Assembly (NCBI RefSeq): GCF_001194135.2
Contig: NC_068988.1
Location: forward strand, 96,129,024 to 96,193,023
Length of the DNA: 64,000 bases
Direction of reading: 5' to 3'
DNA from: Octopus bimaculoides
Lineage: Eukaryota
Shown here: in pieces, positions 49,600 to 61,800 of the stretch
How the letters are laid out: every line of letters begins with the position of its first letter
How positions within the stretch are numbered: position 1 is the first letter of the stretch
The notes under the pieces: model-generated
Told to the model about the DNA's origin: nothing
Database searches by the model: none
The model's input: the letters and a program-made list of their open reading frames with translations, nothing else
Program-made: the position numbers and the translations under genes

Positions 49600-49749
49600 A
49601 TTCATTTCACTGAAATTGGAACAAATGTTAAACTGTGTGAACTTATAAAACAACTTCATCAGCAACATGTACAGGTTTGGCATGAATTACAAAGACAATT
49701 TGCACAAACGAATTGCTTAATTGACTATTTACGTGCTGCTAATTACTAG
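49600..49749 (+). CDS. WDR36: WDR36 exon 20 (terminal)
   Basis: IHFTEIG...WHELQRQFAQTNCLIDYLRAANY*; TAG at 49747-49749. Confidence 0.93.
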   Translation: MHFTEIGTNVKLCELIKQLHQQHVQVWHELQRQFAQTNCLIDYLRAANY

Positions 49750-49772
49750 CAGCTGTTTAAACCCCTCCAAAG

Positions 49773-49778
49773 AATAAA
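49773..49778 (+). promoter_or_regulatory. Candidate WDR36 polyadenylation signal
   Basis: AATAAA beginning 24 nt after the last base of the stop codon, followed by a U-rich tract. Confidence 0.5.
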
Positions 49779-50862
49779 TATGTTTATATTTTATAATGTT
49801 TATTGATCTTGTGCAGATGTGTGGTTAGCATTTAAGATGGCCACCCAGCTGGAATGGAGCAACTGTGATAAATCATATGAATATTTGAATTTGTAAAAAC
49901 CTGCAAAGCATGGCAAAATCATCAAATATATTGTTTGTATTTCTTTACTGGCCTGAGTTGGGAGAAGAGTCTCATCCAAACTCATTACTCTTCATCTTGG
50001 TGTTTTGTCATCTTTTACTCTAGCAGGCTGAAATATCATTTCAGTTCTCGCACCACATTGTATAATCTTCCTTTCCCAGAAATCCTCTTCACAGACATCA
50101 CATGGCCCCTTGTTGCTCAACTCTTTCTCATTCTTTGTCCATAGCAGATGAATGACCGTCAGCCGATTTAACTCTTCAAGACCAATTACTTTGTCTGCAC
50201 ACTCGTGCTCCACCTCTCACGTAAGTTAATATTATGCATGCAAAAGATCACACCTATGTCTCACTACCGTGTAGCATCACATTCTACATCATCATTTAAC
50301 GTCTGTTGTCCATGCTGGCATGGGTTGGATGGTTTGACCAGGCCGTGTGTCTGATTGTCATCTGCTTAAACAAAAGTCATACCAATGGTAAAAAAAAACA
50401 TTGCTATTTGTGGAAGTTTTCCAGAGTGTAGAAAAACTCAATACAAACGAAACAAATTAAAACGGCCATCTGCGTGCCATACTAAACACATCATTAGAGG
50501 GCAAGATGCTGAAGAATAAGATCTCTTCATAGACTTGTTGAAAACACAATATATTTATCAGAACTCCAGTATTAAATTTTTCTCTAAATAAGAAAAGAAA
50601 TAAAATTAAGTTTTATAAAAACATTTGACAAATGATAATTTTTATTACAAAAGTTGATATGGCTAAAGTGAAACTTTTTTTTAAAGAATATATTTACAAT
50701 TTAGGCACTTTGTAAGTTGATTCTGTGAGTCACTTTGTAATATAAGAATTTACCAAAAAAATATGTGTGCTAAGCAATATTTTTTGAGGAAATATCAACA
50801 AAGACTGTTTTAGAAATGAATTAAATATCTTCTGATATTCTCTTTTTGGTAAGAGAGAATCC

Positions 50863-51045
50863 TTAAGAGTTGATTTGTTCTGTAAGTCCTTTCTCAACTG
50901 CTGTCCAGTCAATATGGCTTGATAAAGAACATGAACTCAAAGAAGCCACTACATCCGTAGGATCCAGTTGCGGGGTAGAAATCACTTCGTCGTAATAGTC
51001 AGATGCGGAGTTGGAACCTTCATCTGGGAATTCTTGTTCCAAAGT
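50863..51045 (-). CDS. Uncharacterised gene, terminal exon
   Basis: cattttag|ACT TTG GAA...; TLEQEFPDEGSNSASDYYDEV...SSCSLSSHIDWTAVEKGLTEQINS*. Confidence 0.82.
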   Translation of the reverse strand, partial: TLEQEFPDEGSNSASDYYDEVISTPQLDPTDVVASLSSCSLSSHIDWTAVEKGLTEQINS

Positions 51046-51210
51046 CTAAAATGAAATAACATTGAATTCATCTGATTAGAAAAACTTGCAGCTAGAGATT
51101 AATTTCAAAGAGACAAAGTTAATTCTTGAAAATATAGAAGACTGAATCTAAATTCCGCCATAAATATAGAACTGAACTTTGGTTCACACTTCTATATTTA
51201 AGAGATTATG

Positions 51211-51325
51211 TACATTATTTACAACTGACAGATATTTGTCCTCATCTTGATTGTTGCTGATATACCTTCCAGCCTTCATCAGGTGTCTTGGGTAAATTTC
51301 GAACCTGGGTTCTCATTCCTAAGGT
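51211..51325 (-). mobile_element. Second copy of the hammerhead-type repeat, catalytic 3' half deleted
   Basis: Colinear with 45448-45568 except for loss of about 17 nt containing GAAAC-NTT-GTGTT. Confidence 0.75.
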
Positions 51326-51740
51326 ATAGAATGGATCCAAAATACTGTTCCAACCAGAAACTGAACTGACACCTTTATGGTTGTGAGACAAATGAAATTG
51401 GTAACCTACTGACGAAACAATTCCTCTTCTCCTTTTATTTGGTCCATTATAAACATTTTTCTAATTAGCAAATACAAGAAAACCCATGTAAACCACTAGA
51501 TATACTTTATAACCATCCCTAGAGTTACTGCGATGGTAGCAGATATTCCATCACTAGTTTGCCTACCTTAAAATTTGTACAACAGGTAAATTGTTGAAAT
51601 CTAAGCCAATAACAAAATTAGTCTTATTAAACCTTCTAAAAAAACGGTGGGAACTTAATTGCCAACCCAATACATCATTTAATCCTTTAGACATTTTTGG
51701 GAAACTCCCTATAGAAACAATGGAAGCCTTTTAACCTTAC

Positions 51741-51898
51741 CTTTTTGCCTTCATAAAGAATGCTTTTGATGCGGTCATCCAAAGACCATTCACTGACATC
51801 AGATAAATAGTCATCAGGACTCTGATGGGAATCTCCATATGGATGATGTCGGACAGGGGTCTTGTCCTGTGTCATTTTCATTCTGTGTTGAGTTGGGA
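51741..51898 (-). CDS. Uncharacterised gene, 158-nt exon
   Basis: ctcttcag|TC CCA ACT ... AAA AAG|gtaagg; ...DDYLSDVSEWSLDDRIKSILYEGKK. Confidence 0.83.
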
Positions 51899-52659
51899 CT
51901 GAAGAGGAAAGCAATAATTAATATTAAGCTGAAGATCTCATAAGGAAAATGTTACTAATTGCAGTTCAATATAAATATCACACGTGCAATTTCACTACAG
52001 AGAACACTGAGCAAAATTTTCAATATTTTAAACCTGAGCATGGCTGTGTTGTTAAAATGACCACAATGCTTCCATTCATGCATTTTCCCCCCTACAGATT
52101 ATATGATATTAGCTTTAATGGAGGACAACACTCCAAGGATGGAGGTGACAGTGACTTGCAGTGTTCTGTACATTTCCTAGACTTCAAATAATGTAGTTTG
52201 AACCAAAGTAATAGGAGGCTTCATTAGCAAAAAAAAAGAGAAGAATCACAAGTGGGAATATAGTGTGTAGTGGGGGTAGGCAAAATTTTGAAGTAGTCCC
52301 AGGAGATAATATTGGTTTCCCTGTCTGATTTTAGTTGTTGAAAACTGACCAACAAAAAAGCTGCAGGCAGACAGACTGACTTGCTGTTCAGTATGCTTAA
52401 AATTGTTTGTTTCATACTTAATAGCACAGATATATGTTGGGAAATTTTGCTTCAGACAAAAGAGAAATGTGTTGCATGAAATATGGATGAAACCTACTTT
52501 GCTGCTGTGGATGATGACCATTGTGTGTGGCTTTTTTAAGTGTTACTGTGTTATTTAGTAATCCTGTAAATAAGAAAGAACAGAAAAATAGAAACTTTGT
52601 TAATAACTATTCATTTTGAGAAGGTACAAGATAAATTATATTCACAAAATTGTGTGTGT

Positions 52660-52850
52660 ATATATTCTTTTACTTGTTTGCCATTTGACTGCGGCCATGC
52701 TGGAGCACTGCCTTTTGTTGAACAAACTGACCCCAGGACTTAGTTTTTGTAAGCCTAGTACTTATTCTGTTGGTTTCTTGTTCCGAACTGCTAAGTTACG
52801 TAAAAACACCAAAATTGGTGTCAAGTGATGGCGGTGGGGACAAACTCAAA
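52660..52850 (+). mobile_element. Interspersed repeat family C (representative)
   Basis: TTGACTGCGGCCATGCTGGAGCAC..AGTACTTATTCT..GCTAAGTTACG..TCAAG. Other copies at about 29025-29200, 62220-62450 and 48040-48160(-). Confidence 0.75.
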
Positions 52851-53790
52851 TAGGCATTGAGGTATTGAGCAATTCCAAAGTCATTTGATTATCGGACAAA
52901 ACTGGAACATGGAGATCATTTGTTCTACCATGTAGAGTATTTATAATGACAGATATTACAAAATGGAGGAAGCAAATCATTTTACTACTTCAATTTATCA
53001 TCTAACCAGACGTATGATGATGATGAATTTACAGTTGATTCGTTGTACTTCAATATAATTGATCTTGCATCATTATACAATAATTCCTGCAAATATTGAT
53101 TAATTACCATGTGTTATTTAGCCATACCTGTCCCTAAATGATCATTTATTAATCATATGTTAATATATCAACATTTAACCAATGGGGAAAATATAATTAA
53201 ATGGTAACTGATCAAGAACAAATAGATGTCTTCCGCAAACAGAATATTGTGCAATTTCAAAATCTCCACTTTACATATTTTTGTGATGTTACATGAATCA
53301 ACTGTACTACATTCAATACACAACATATTATCATCAGGATTGTGTATATATATATATATAGATACACATATATATGTGTGTGTGTATGACATAAGAGTGA
53401 AAAATATCCAACCTTTTGAGGTGTGGGTACCTCTATTTGAGAGTTGCCGAAGTCTTTCGGTATAAGAAAGTGGTTTGTGCCTTGGAATTCTTTGATGGAA
53501 AGAATACGTTTGTTCATATCCTGTTGAATTATCAAGATAGATACATATATATGAAATGGTATAATAAATGTATATATATATATGGGTACAGGACGTCACA
53601 AAATGTAAACATTTTAACAGAGGTTTATGGCTAAACTTGAATGAAGAAGGGCAGAACTAAACTCTGCTCTTTTCTGAAGTAATCAGAGATGACGATGGAA
53701 AAAATTAGCGTGTAAATTAGAAAATTACTGTATGTAACTCTCACAACGAGAGATATTCAGCAACAGTACTTTGGAGTAAAGATTGTTTGC

Positions 53791-54186
53791 CAACATAACA
53801 TGGCAGTCCTGGTTTAGGATGAATGTTGCTGTAATTTAGCCCCAGGAGACATCGTCTCCAGCTGGCTATACAACACGATCTGTGTCCTTATATTTTCGAA
53901 CAAGGGAATCTAGCACCCCCACTCAGTGACTAGTTGTCATTTTGAAAACTATATATTTCGAACAGGAATTTGGCAGTGCTACCTCCAGCCAAACAATTAT
54001 TCTATGCTGATGAAGGGAAATAACCCGGAAATCGCAATACACAGATATTGCTTTAAGCTGAGTGGGGGTGCTAGATTCCCTTGTTTGAAAATATAAGGAC
54101 ACATTGTGTCGTTTGGCCAGCTGGAGATGATGTCTCCTGGGGCTAAATCAACATTCGTCCTAAACCAGCACTGCCATGTTGTGTTG
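53791..54186. mobile_element. Foldback element, arms 53791-53926 and 54058-54186, 131-bp spacer
   Basis: The arms are near-perfect reverse complements. Single arms recur at about 8965-9074 and 40995-41104. Confidence 0.88.
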
Positions 54187-54423
54187 TGAAAAAGTGTGTT
54201 ATTTCTTAATTATTTTGGAGTAATCAAAATGTTTATCAGAGGTCAAACTGTCCAGCAAGGTCAGGTTACAAGAGCAGGATTATAACTTTTTTCAATTCAT
54301 TTTTAACTCAGAAAGTAGTTTTGTGTCCTCGGGGAAGGATTATGTTATACATTTATGACTTTTCTCTAAGAATGAAGAATAATATCGACTAAAAGAATTA
54401 TTGAGGAAGTTGGGGAACCTTAC

Positions 54424-54519
54424 TTGGATTGAAAACAGGATTGGATTTGTTTACTTTCTGCAAATGTTCTTTTTGGTTTTTTGGAGATTTGCTTGGATCA
54501 GTTGGTATTTTCTTTACTC
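54424..54519 (-). CDS. Uncharacterised gene, 96-nt exon
   Basis: ttttgcag|GA GTA AAG ... AAT CCA A|gtaagg; VKKIPTDPSKSPKNQKEHLQKVNKSNPVFNP. Confidence 0.78.
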
Positions 54520-55403
54520 CTGCAAAAAGATGAATGAAATATTTTAGCTATTTATATATCAATAGGTTTTTCTAAAGGCACAGAAATCTTTCTTAAACTT
54601 ACAAAATCTGGAAACCGTTTTTACACAACTCTGTTTGATCGCAATATCTGTCTTATATTTAATTCACTTCAGAGTACGGGGGGGGGGGTTCCAGGGTTTT
54701 GAGGAGTATGGAACCACCTCTCAGATCTATTCTGACCTGGAAAAGTAACACTTGTCAGGGTCCCAGCTATGGCAACTCACTCTCACACCGCAGATGAGGC
54801 CCTTCAGCTCTTGAGCTGCTTATCTAAAGAGAAAGTAACTCCACAAAAGTTCTGCATCCTGATACCTACAGAGCTTGGGGCACTTACTGCACCAGACCAA
54901 AACAAGTTTGAAGGAGAGACTGGGATTGGCTCTGCACAAAACTATGCCCACAACGGTTGTAAAACCTTGCTCCTTGTGAAGTAACTTGTTGAGCATTTAA
55001 GAAAAGGCTATTGGAGTACAGAAAGCCCAGAGGGAGGGGATCTGAAGCAGATATGTTATCATCTGCCTTCCATGCTGGCATGGATGAAAAGGTTTGACAA
55101 GAGATGGCCAGGCAGAAGCCTGCACCAGACTTCTGTGACTGTTCTGGCAGGATTTTTACAGCTGGATGCCCTTCCTGACACCAACCACTCAGTAGAGTGT
55201 TCTTTTATTTGTTTCATTATAATATATGCAAAACAAAATCTCAGGGTTCCTATGTTTTGGGAGACCTGTTTCTCTCTTTATGCTCACAGACAAATATGGT
55301 TTTATAGCATAAGTTCTTACGCAAAATGCCAAATGGAATACTTAAGAAAAAGTCCAAGAATAACAAACTTAAAAACAAAGAGGAAAACGACCAGATTACT
55401 GAC

Positions 55404-56034
55404 CATACAGCTTTGGTTTGTCGTGAACTTTTGCTGATTGAAGGTTGCCTTGTTTGATGTCTGCAAGGCGTTGAATGTAAGGCTTGGAGTCAGCAACGAT
55501 AACTTTTCTTGTGATTTCAGGTCGCTGGCATCGGACGATTTCTTGATATGATTTGTCTGATAAGAGAACACGACTTATATCTTTGGTTTTAGATGAATTA
55601 GGCTTGTCAGAAACTGTTGCAACGTAATTAGAAGAACTTTCAGTTGGAGAATTTGGCTGCGGTACTTTGTTACGTGGATGTTCCAGACTGAAAAAACTTT
55701 GGTTTGCAGATTGCAAGTGTGCTCCCTTATTTTCTTGTACTCTTGATGTGTTATAAGCTTCTGATGTAGGAATAGTTCTGGTTGTCATTAAATTCTTTGT
55801 ATGCAATGATGATTTGGAGGAATTTGGTGATACAATAGTTCTTTTAGAGTGACTGTATGTAGGCCATTTTGGAAGAGAATATTGCTGCTTGATCTTAGCT
55901 TGGTCAGACTGGAAACTCTGGATCAATTTTTCAACATCATGAAGTCGTTTCTCTTGAGTTTTTGTAAATCTCTCAGACCGTTGCTGTTCACGTGATTTTA
56001 TAGCTTTTTCAATAGCTTTAAAGCTCACTGACTC
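55404..56034 (-). CDS. Uncharacterised gene, 631-nt exon
   Basis: Within the 216-aa ORF; atgcag|GAG TCA GTG ... CTG TAT G|gtcagt. Confidence 0.85.
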
Positions 56035-57044
56035 CTGCATACACAAAAACAGTTTTCTACTTAAGATTTTACAGACAAAAGTAAAATATATAATTTCTAT
56101 TTTCCAAATAAAATAACTTTAGAACAAATGCTTAAAAATATATTAAAAAATCACATTCCAAAGCTAATCAATACATGCGCACTGATGTTACACATCCAAT
56201 GGAGCAAATCTTAATAAATCATCATCATCGATTAACGTCTGCTTTCCATGTTGGCATGGGTTGGACAGTTTGACTGAGGGCTGGAGAACCAGGCTCCAAC
56301 TAGTCTGGCAAAGTTTCTACAGCTGGATGCCCTTCCCAACGCCAACCACTCCAAGAGTGTAGTGGGTACTTCTTATGTGCCACTGGCACTGGAGCCAGTA
56401 AGGCGGGCCTGGCAACGCTCACATTTGGATGGTGCTTTTTACATGCCACCAGTACGGGGGTACTGGCGTCGGTCACGATTGGTCGGTGCTTTTTACGTAC
56501 CACCGGCACAGTAACCAGTCGGGCGGACCTGGCTTCAACCACATTCAGATGGTGCCTTTGACATGCCATCGGCACCGGCCCCAGCTATGATGTTATTTTA
56601 TTTACAATAAATATTTTTTTAAATTACATTGAAATCAATTCAATATAAATGATAGATTTTAAACTTGAAGCAGCTTTTAATCACCAGTATTTCATGATGT
56701 TAAGTAAATGTAGATGTGAGAGAAAACCTTTCTCTGAATGGGATACTAATCTCTCCCTCTCTTGTAACCATACCAAGCGATTGATACTGTATTTCAACAG
56801 CTAAATGGTTCAAGGTTGAAGACGGAAGTGCACTGCCAAACAACACAACAAAATATCCAAGTTGAATTTGAACACAAGACCTTTGAGCTGAATAAAGAAG
56901 TAAAAAGAAATTAATGATGGTCTGAACGAGCAAACTACACCTGAGGATTAATGAATACCAACATTTCAAGAATTCTAGCAGAACTCCTCTTGTTTTTAGA
57001 GCTCAACTTTGTATCCATTCAACCATAAAATACAGTTGTTTTAC

Positions 57045-57231
57045 CTGTTTGCCATTATTAAATGGTTTCCTTTCCTGATGCTGCAGTTCTGTCTGTTTGT
57101 CTCTGAATTCTTTCTGCTGTTTACTTTTGTGGTCCGTCATCCACACTTGTTTCGGGATACTGCTCATCTCTTCTCTTTCACTGGCCATTTGGGCAAATTT
57201 CTCAAAACTCATTTGCATCATGTCTCTTACA
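57045..57231 (-). CDS. Uncharacterised gene, first visible exon (possible start ATG ATG at 57221)
   Basis: tcttgaag|TGTAAGAGACATGATGCAA ... GGCAAACAG|gtaaaa; MMQMSFEKFAQMASEREE...KPFNNGKQ. Confidence 0.7.
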
Positions 57232-57462
57232 CTTCAAGATAAAAGAAAAACATACATCACACACATATACTATCATTATAACCCATTATTTTTATATCAA
57301 AGCAGTAAATCAATTTATCTTGTTTGACATACCAGAAATAGCAGTTAAATCACCCTTAAATTACACACCATCACACGAATAATGTAATCCAAGGTTATGG
57401 TTGCAACATCTTTGATCCTAGATATACTTAGTCAGTGCTCATCTTGAGTAGAACATCAACCA

Positions 57463-57493
<31 letters not shown>

Positions 57494-57502
57494 GATATAC
57501 AA

Positions 57503-57775
57503 TGTGGTGAGCTGGCAGAATTATTAGCATGCTGGGCGAAATGCTTAGCAATATTTTGTCTGCCACTACTTTCTGAGTTCAACTTTGCCTTTCATCCTTT
57601 TGGGTTTGATTAAATAAGTACCAGTTATGCACTGGGGTCGATGCAATCGGCTATCCTCCTTCCCCCAAAATTTTCAAGGCCATGTACCTAGTGTAGAAAT
57701 AATCATTATTATTATTATTATTATTAGGCAGCAAAAGCTGGCAGAGTTGTTAGCATGACGGGCGATATGAAAGGC
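57503..57775 (+). mobile_element. tRNA-related SINE family B with (ATT)n tail, followed by a second head
   Basis: GGTGAGCTGGCAGAAT..TTAGCA..AAATGCTTAGC..TTCTGAGTTCAA..CTTTGCCTTTCATCC..AAGTACCAGTT. Other copies at about 1590-1750(-), 20990-21130(-), 47580-47740(-) and 60780-60960. Confidence 0.75.
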
Positions 57776-58497
57776 TCAAAACACGTGACATTTTCTTTTT
57801 ACGAGATATTAATCGAAAATGTGTGTTAACATGTTTTCTGAGAATTAGGTCATGTATTAACATCCTCTTATTTTTCAACCAATCAGAAGTTTTATTTTCA
57901 ATACTTTGCACTGGCTGAACCATGGCATTTCCAATACGAACAAGATTCAATGCTCAATGCCATAGAATTGAACTGCTCAAAGATCACCAGGATTTAAACT
58001 AGAGACAATAAAACTTCTTTCTTCAATAAAAGAAGCACAAACTCTTATGACAAATGAGAGCTTAATGCTTTCAGACATATTTTTCACATTTTAAAATCTA
58101 AATTTATTTTTTTTTGTGACACATCAATGTACCATGAGACACCATTCTGAAATCATTGATTGAAATCCCTTTCGTTTTAAAATGTGAAAGCCATATTAGA
58201 CAATGTAATGCAAGGTATATAAAGATAGGATGTGCAAGGCTGGAGTGTCTTTGATCATAGGATCAAGGATCAACTTGGAGCTAAACAATACAATCTTCAC
58301 AACAAAATACGAAGCCCTTCCACAAAAGTCAGGAAACTGATGAATGGAGGTGTACACTGAAGTAGAGCAGTCTGTTTATATGAATAAACTTATAAAAGAA
58401 GAGGATGGAAAAATTAGAAAAACAAATGATGATGTGTTCTAATATGAATTAACTGAAGCTGATATATTTGATCATTTTAAAGGTAAATTTGGATGCT

Positions 58498-58828
58498 TTC
58501 ACCTGCGTGATTTTTACTAAGTAAAAAGAAAAAAATCGGATTTTTTTGCATGGAATCAAGTAGCCTGACCTAATATGCTGCAGGTCCCCTATATTTGTTT
58601 TGAAAAAAGGGGTGGGGAAACCGGACTCCCCCTGTCACGGAATCATTGGGAATTTTTTTTTTGCTGAATGAATTACGGTGATTCCAATGATTCCGGGAGG
58701 GGGGATCCTCCCCCCCCCCTTTTCCGAACAAATATAAGGGGTCTGCAGCATATTAGGAGGTCAGGGTACTTGATTTCACACGAAAAAATCTGAATTTTTT
58801 TTTTCTTAGTGAAAATCGTGCGGGTGAA
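58498..58828. mobile_element. About 330-bp almost fully palindromic MITE
   Basis: TTCACCTGCGTGATTTTTACTAAG ... CTTAGTGAAAATCGTGCGGGTGAA. Arms of about 150 bp pair around a loop of about 25 bp. Confidence 0.85.
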
Positions 58829-61800
58829 TGTATCAAAATTTACCATATTTAGTATAATGTTCAACTCGTCAAACATTTTAAACGTTTAATAAATATTCGT
58901 TTTGATTAAAATTTCAAACAAATCTCAGTTAATTTAACGATAGATTTTATGGACTGCTAAAACAAATATACTTATGTAAAAAAAACAATTTATGTGCAAT
59001 GAAAATCGTTAAATAAGGCTGAGATACGTTCATATAACTTGAATTCTGCAACGCCAAAANNNNNNNNNNNNNNNNNNNNNNNNNNNNNNNNNNGAACAAA
59101 AATAAGGGGTTTGCATTATATTAGGAGGTCCGGGTACTTGATTCCACGCAAAAAATCCAAGTTTTTTTTCTTCTTTTCTTACTGAAAATCGTGCGGGTGA
59201 ATGTATCAAAATTTACCATATTTAGTATAATGTTCAACTCGTCAAACATTTTAAACGTTTAATAAATATTCGTTTTGATTAAAATTTCAAACAAATCTCA
59301 GTTAATTTAACGATAGATTTTATGGACTGCTAAAACAAATATACTTATGTAAAAAAAACGTAATTTATGTGCAATGAAAATCGTTAAATAAGGCTGAGAT
59401 ACGTTCATATAACTTGAATTCTGCAACGCCAAAATAAAAACATAAATGCCGTAAAGGTATATAAATAACACAGGTAAAAGAATATAAAATGTTGAAAATT
59501 ACAAACAAGAAACGTTTGCGTTTTAGAGAAAAAAAATATAAGAATCGGTGGAAGAGAGAATGGTTTGAAGAAGAAGAGCCAATACGACGAATTTAAAAGA
59601 ATGGCTTCACTATAGACTTAATGGTATTTGACAATCACACTTTTAAAACAATGAAAAACCTCATTAAAACTTGATAGTCTATTTTGTTTAATGAAGATGC
59701 AATTCTTAACGAACCTTTTCTCATCTCCAACCAATCCCAGACTAAGATGGTTGTGAGTGATGTTGGTAGAAAAGAGAAATTTTCTATCGTAATTTATTTG
59801 TCCATAATGTTCTTATTTCCTACTTAATCATTTTTAATGTATTCACTTAATCAGCAACAGATTTTGTTCTTTATAATTAATTAAAAAAATAACGATAGGA
59901 GAATTAGGTATCTAAATAATGATTAGGAAATAAATTCTTTAGCAGAGAAACGAAGATAGCATACATGTTTAGCGAAATTAGCATAATTTGAATATGGGTT
60001 AGATATAAGGAATTAAATACCTCTTTTTTTGTTTTTTAAGATGTAAATTTGAGAGCAGTAACAAAAGATGGTACTTGCTGAAGTAGAAACAGGGGATTCA
60101 CCAAGTAAATATATGACGTCTACACTTTGCTAATGAGAGCATAATAAGATCGAAATATGTTCGAAGTTGTCGCTCGTGTTTGCCGAAATAATTACAATAT
60201 TAGCCAATGAGTAATACTGTTTTTTCGTCACTGCATAATTATTTCTAGGTAGTCTTTTCATACTCATGGCTCTAAATATGCTAACACTTATTTTTCGTGC
60301 GGATGGCGTCTCTAGTAATTTATTCTCGAAATAATTCTCTTTTTTTTTCTAGACCAATCAGTGTAATTTTTTTGTATGTTTACTTAGTAATTATCTCAAA
60401 ACTTCTTTGACAAATACGGTTCGACTGAAAAAGTTATAATGATGCAGAACATGTCCAGAGTTGTCTCCCGCTGTTTCTGAACCAATTAACTCGTTTTTTT
60501 TTTTTTGCTTTCATAATTATTCCTAGTTAGCTTTTTGATGCTCTCTGCATTGTTAACACATTTTTATGCTGATGGTATCCCTAAGTTAATAAAACGGGAC
60601 CCATTTTTGTAACAGTGGAAAAAAGTATATTTTTTAATATTATATATGCATAATTTATATATCCGAATTAACGTCCAGACTGGTAGCCTATGATATATGA
60701 TTTTTAAAATCTTCATTTAGTACCAAACACCTATTTAAGGTCTTATAAACGGTGTGTGTAAATATTTACACACACAAGGGCACTAGATAGGAAAATCGGT
60801 AGAGCGTCAAGTAAAATGTCTTACAGCGTTTAATCACGTCCCTTTATATTCTGATTTCAAATCCCGCCAAGGTCAATAAAATATGAGGCAGTCCTGTGCC
60901 GAGGCTCGATTAAATCGACTTGCCCTTCCTCCAGAATCCGAGGGCTTCTTCCAATGTACTTCATTATTTACACACATTATTCATATGAAGATAGTAGACA
61001 TCTCGAATAGCGTCGGAAAAATTGAACGTTTGCAAAATTAAAAGCTTCTCGGAAAAGTGAAAGCGTCGCGTTAGAAGAATAACTTGTTATTTAGCTTTTG
61101 AGTTCAATTTTCTCGCATGAAAGCACGTAATGACATTCAAGATATTTTGACCTTTATTCTCGTGTATCTATTCTCTATGTCGTTTTCAAAGAATAATTCG
61201 CGCTGAAGACGACGTTCAAAGATTTGAAAAATTATCAAAGTAAAATTGCTAAATACATCAAGTTTTAAACTTCTCAATGGTTTGACTCTTACCTATTCTG
61301 TACTATAAGGTATATTTAAGTAAACCATACGATAGTAGGCAACAACAGATATATTGACAACGGTCAAAAGGAAAAGGCGGTTTGGTTGTTCCGTTTTGAG
61401 TATCAATTGATAACCGTCGACACATTCAACCTTATTTTATTACTTCCTCCAATCACACCGTTTGTCAAATGAAAAAAAAAACAATTTTTGAAACACCGCA
61501 ATATTTATTCATGGCTGTTCTAATAACTTAATTTGTGGCTTTGATCCAGCAAATTTACTAATTGTACTTAGTCAGTGCGCAAGCCAATGAACGTAGAATT
61601 TAAGCACTAAGATCGTACTTGGCTGTAATACAAAATTCTATTGATGCAGTTGAAAGAAAGAGCGAGAGACCTCTCTGTTAAAAAGCATAGATTATTCTGT
61701 CGTATTTTACCGAACGACCATTACAAGACACAATAAGTGTTTAAAGAACGTCTTTGATGCTTTCAAGAAATGATCAATGTGGTTTTCCTTGATAGAAACT

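Larger units (their letters stand above)
31830..49749 (+). other. WDR36: WDR36/UTP21 gene span (SSU processome UTP-B WD40 protein), 20 coding exons, 2685 nt, 894 aa
   Basis: All 19 introns are GT-AG with continuous frame. Hallmarks: IFTGYRALGYVSNHVP, HPVTYLNKVLFGS, APAVDVIAVG, RESDWDNIVACH, FSPDARWLITSSMD, LSLMPNSRWKNLLNLDII, PKAAPFFLPTIPG, YELAQSYLGLFL. Confidence 0.97.
50863..57231 (-). other. Uncharacterised protein-coding gene span, exons 57045-57231, 55404-56034, 54424-54519, 51741-51898, 50863-51045 (5' end unresolved)
   Basis: Five GT-AG bounded exons with compatible phases (0,1,1,0) form one open frame ending in TAA at 50863-50865. Candidate poly(A) signal AATAAA (-) at 50641-50646. 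No family recognised. Confidence 0.8.

Noticed and set aside
52985-53086. Alternative terminal exon of the uncharacterised gene (ELLYNDARSIILKYNESTVNSSSSYVWLDDKLK*)
   Set aside because: It needs a phase-0 donor, but the upstream exon ends in phase 1. No bridging exon was seen.
56700-56969. 89-aa ORF / exon candidate between the first two visible exons
   Set aside because: The phase-0 frame hits a stop, and the flanking exons already join in frame without it.
60102-60235. Promoter/first exon of the uncharacterised gene (CCAAT, TGACGTC, TTG|gtgaat)
   Set aside because: The motifs are short and common, and nothing ties them to the 57231 acceptor without transcript data.
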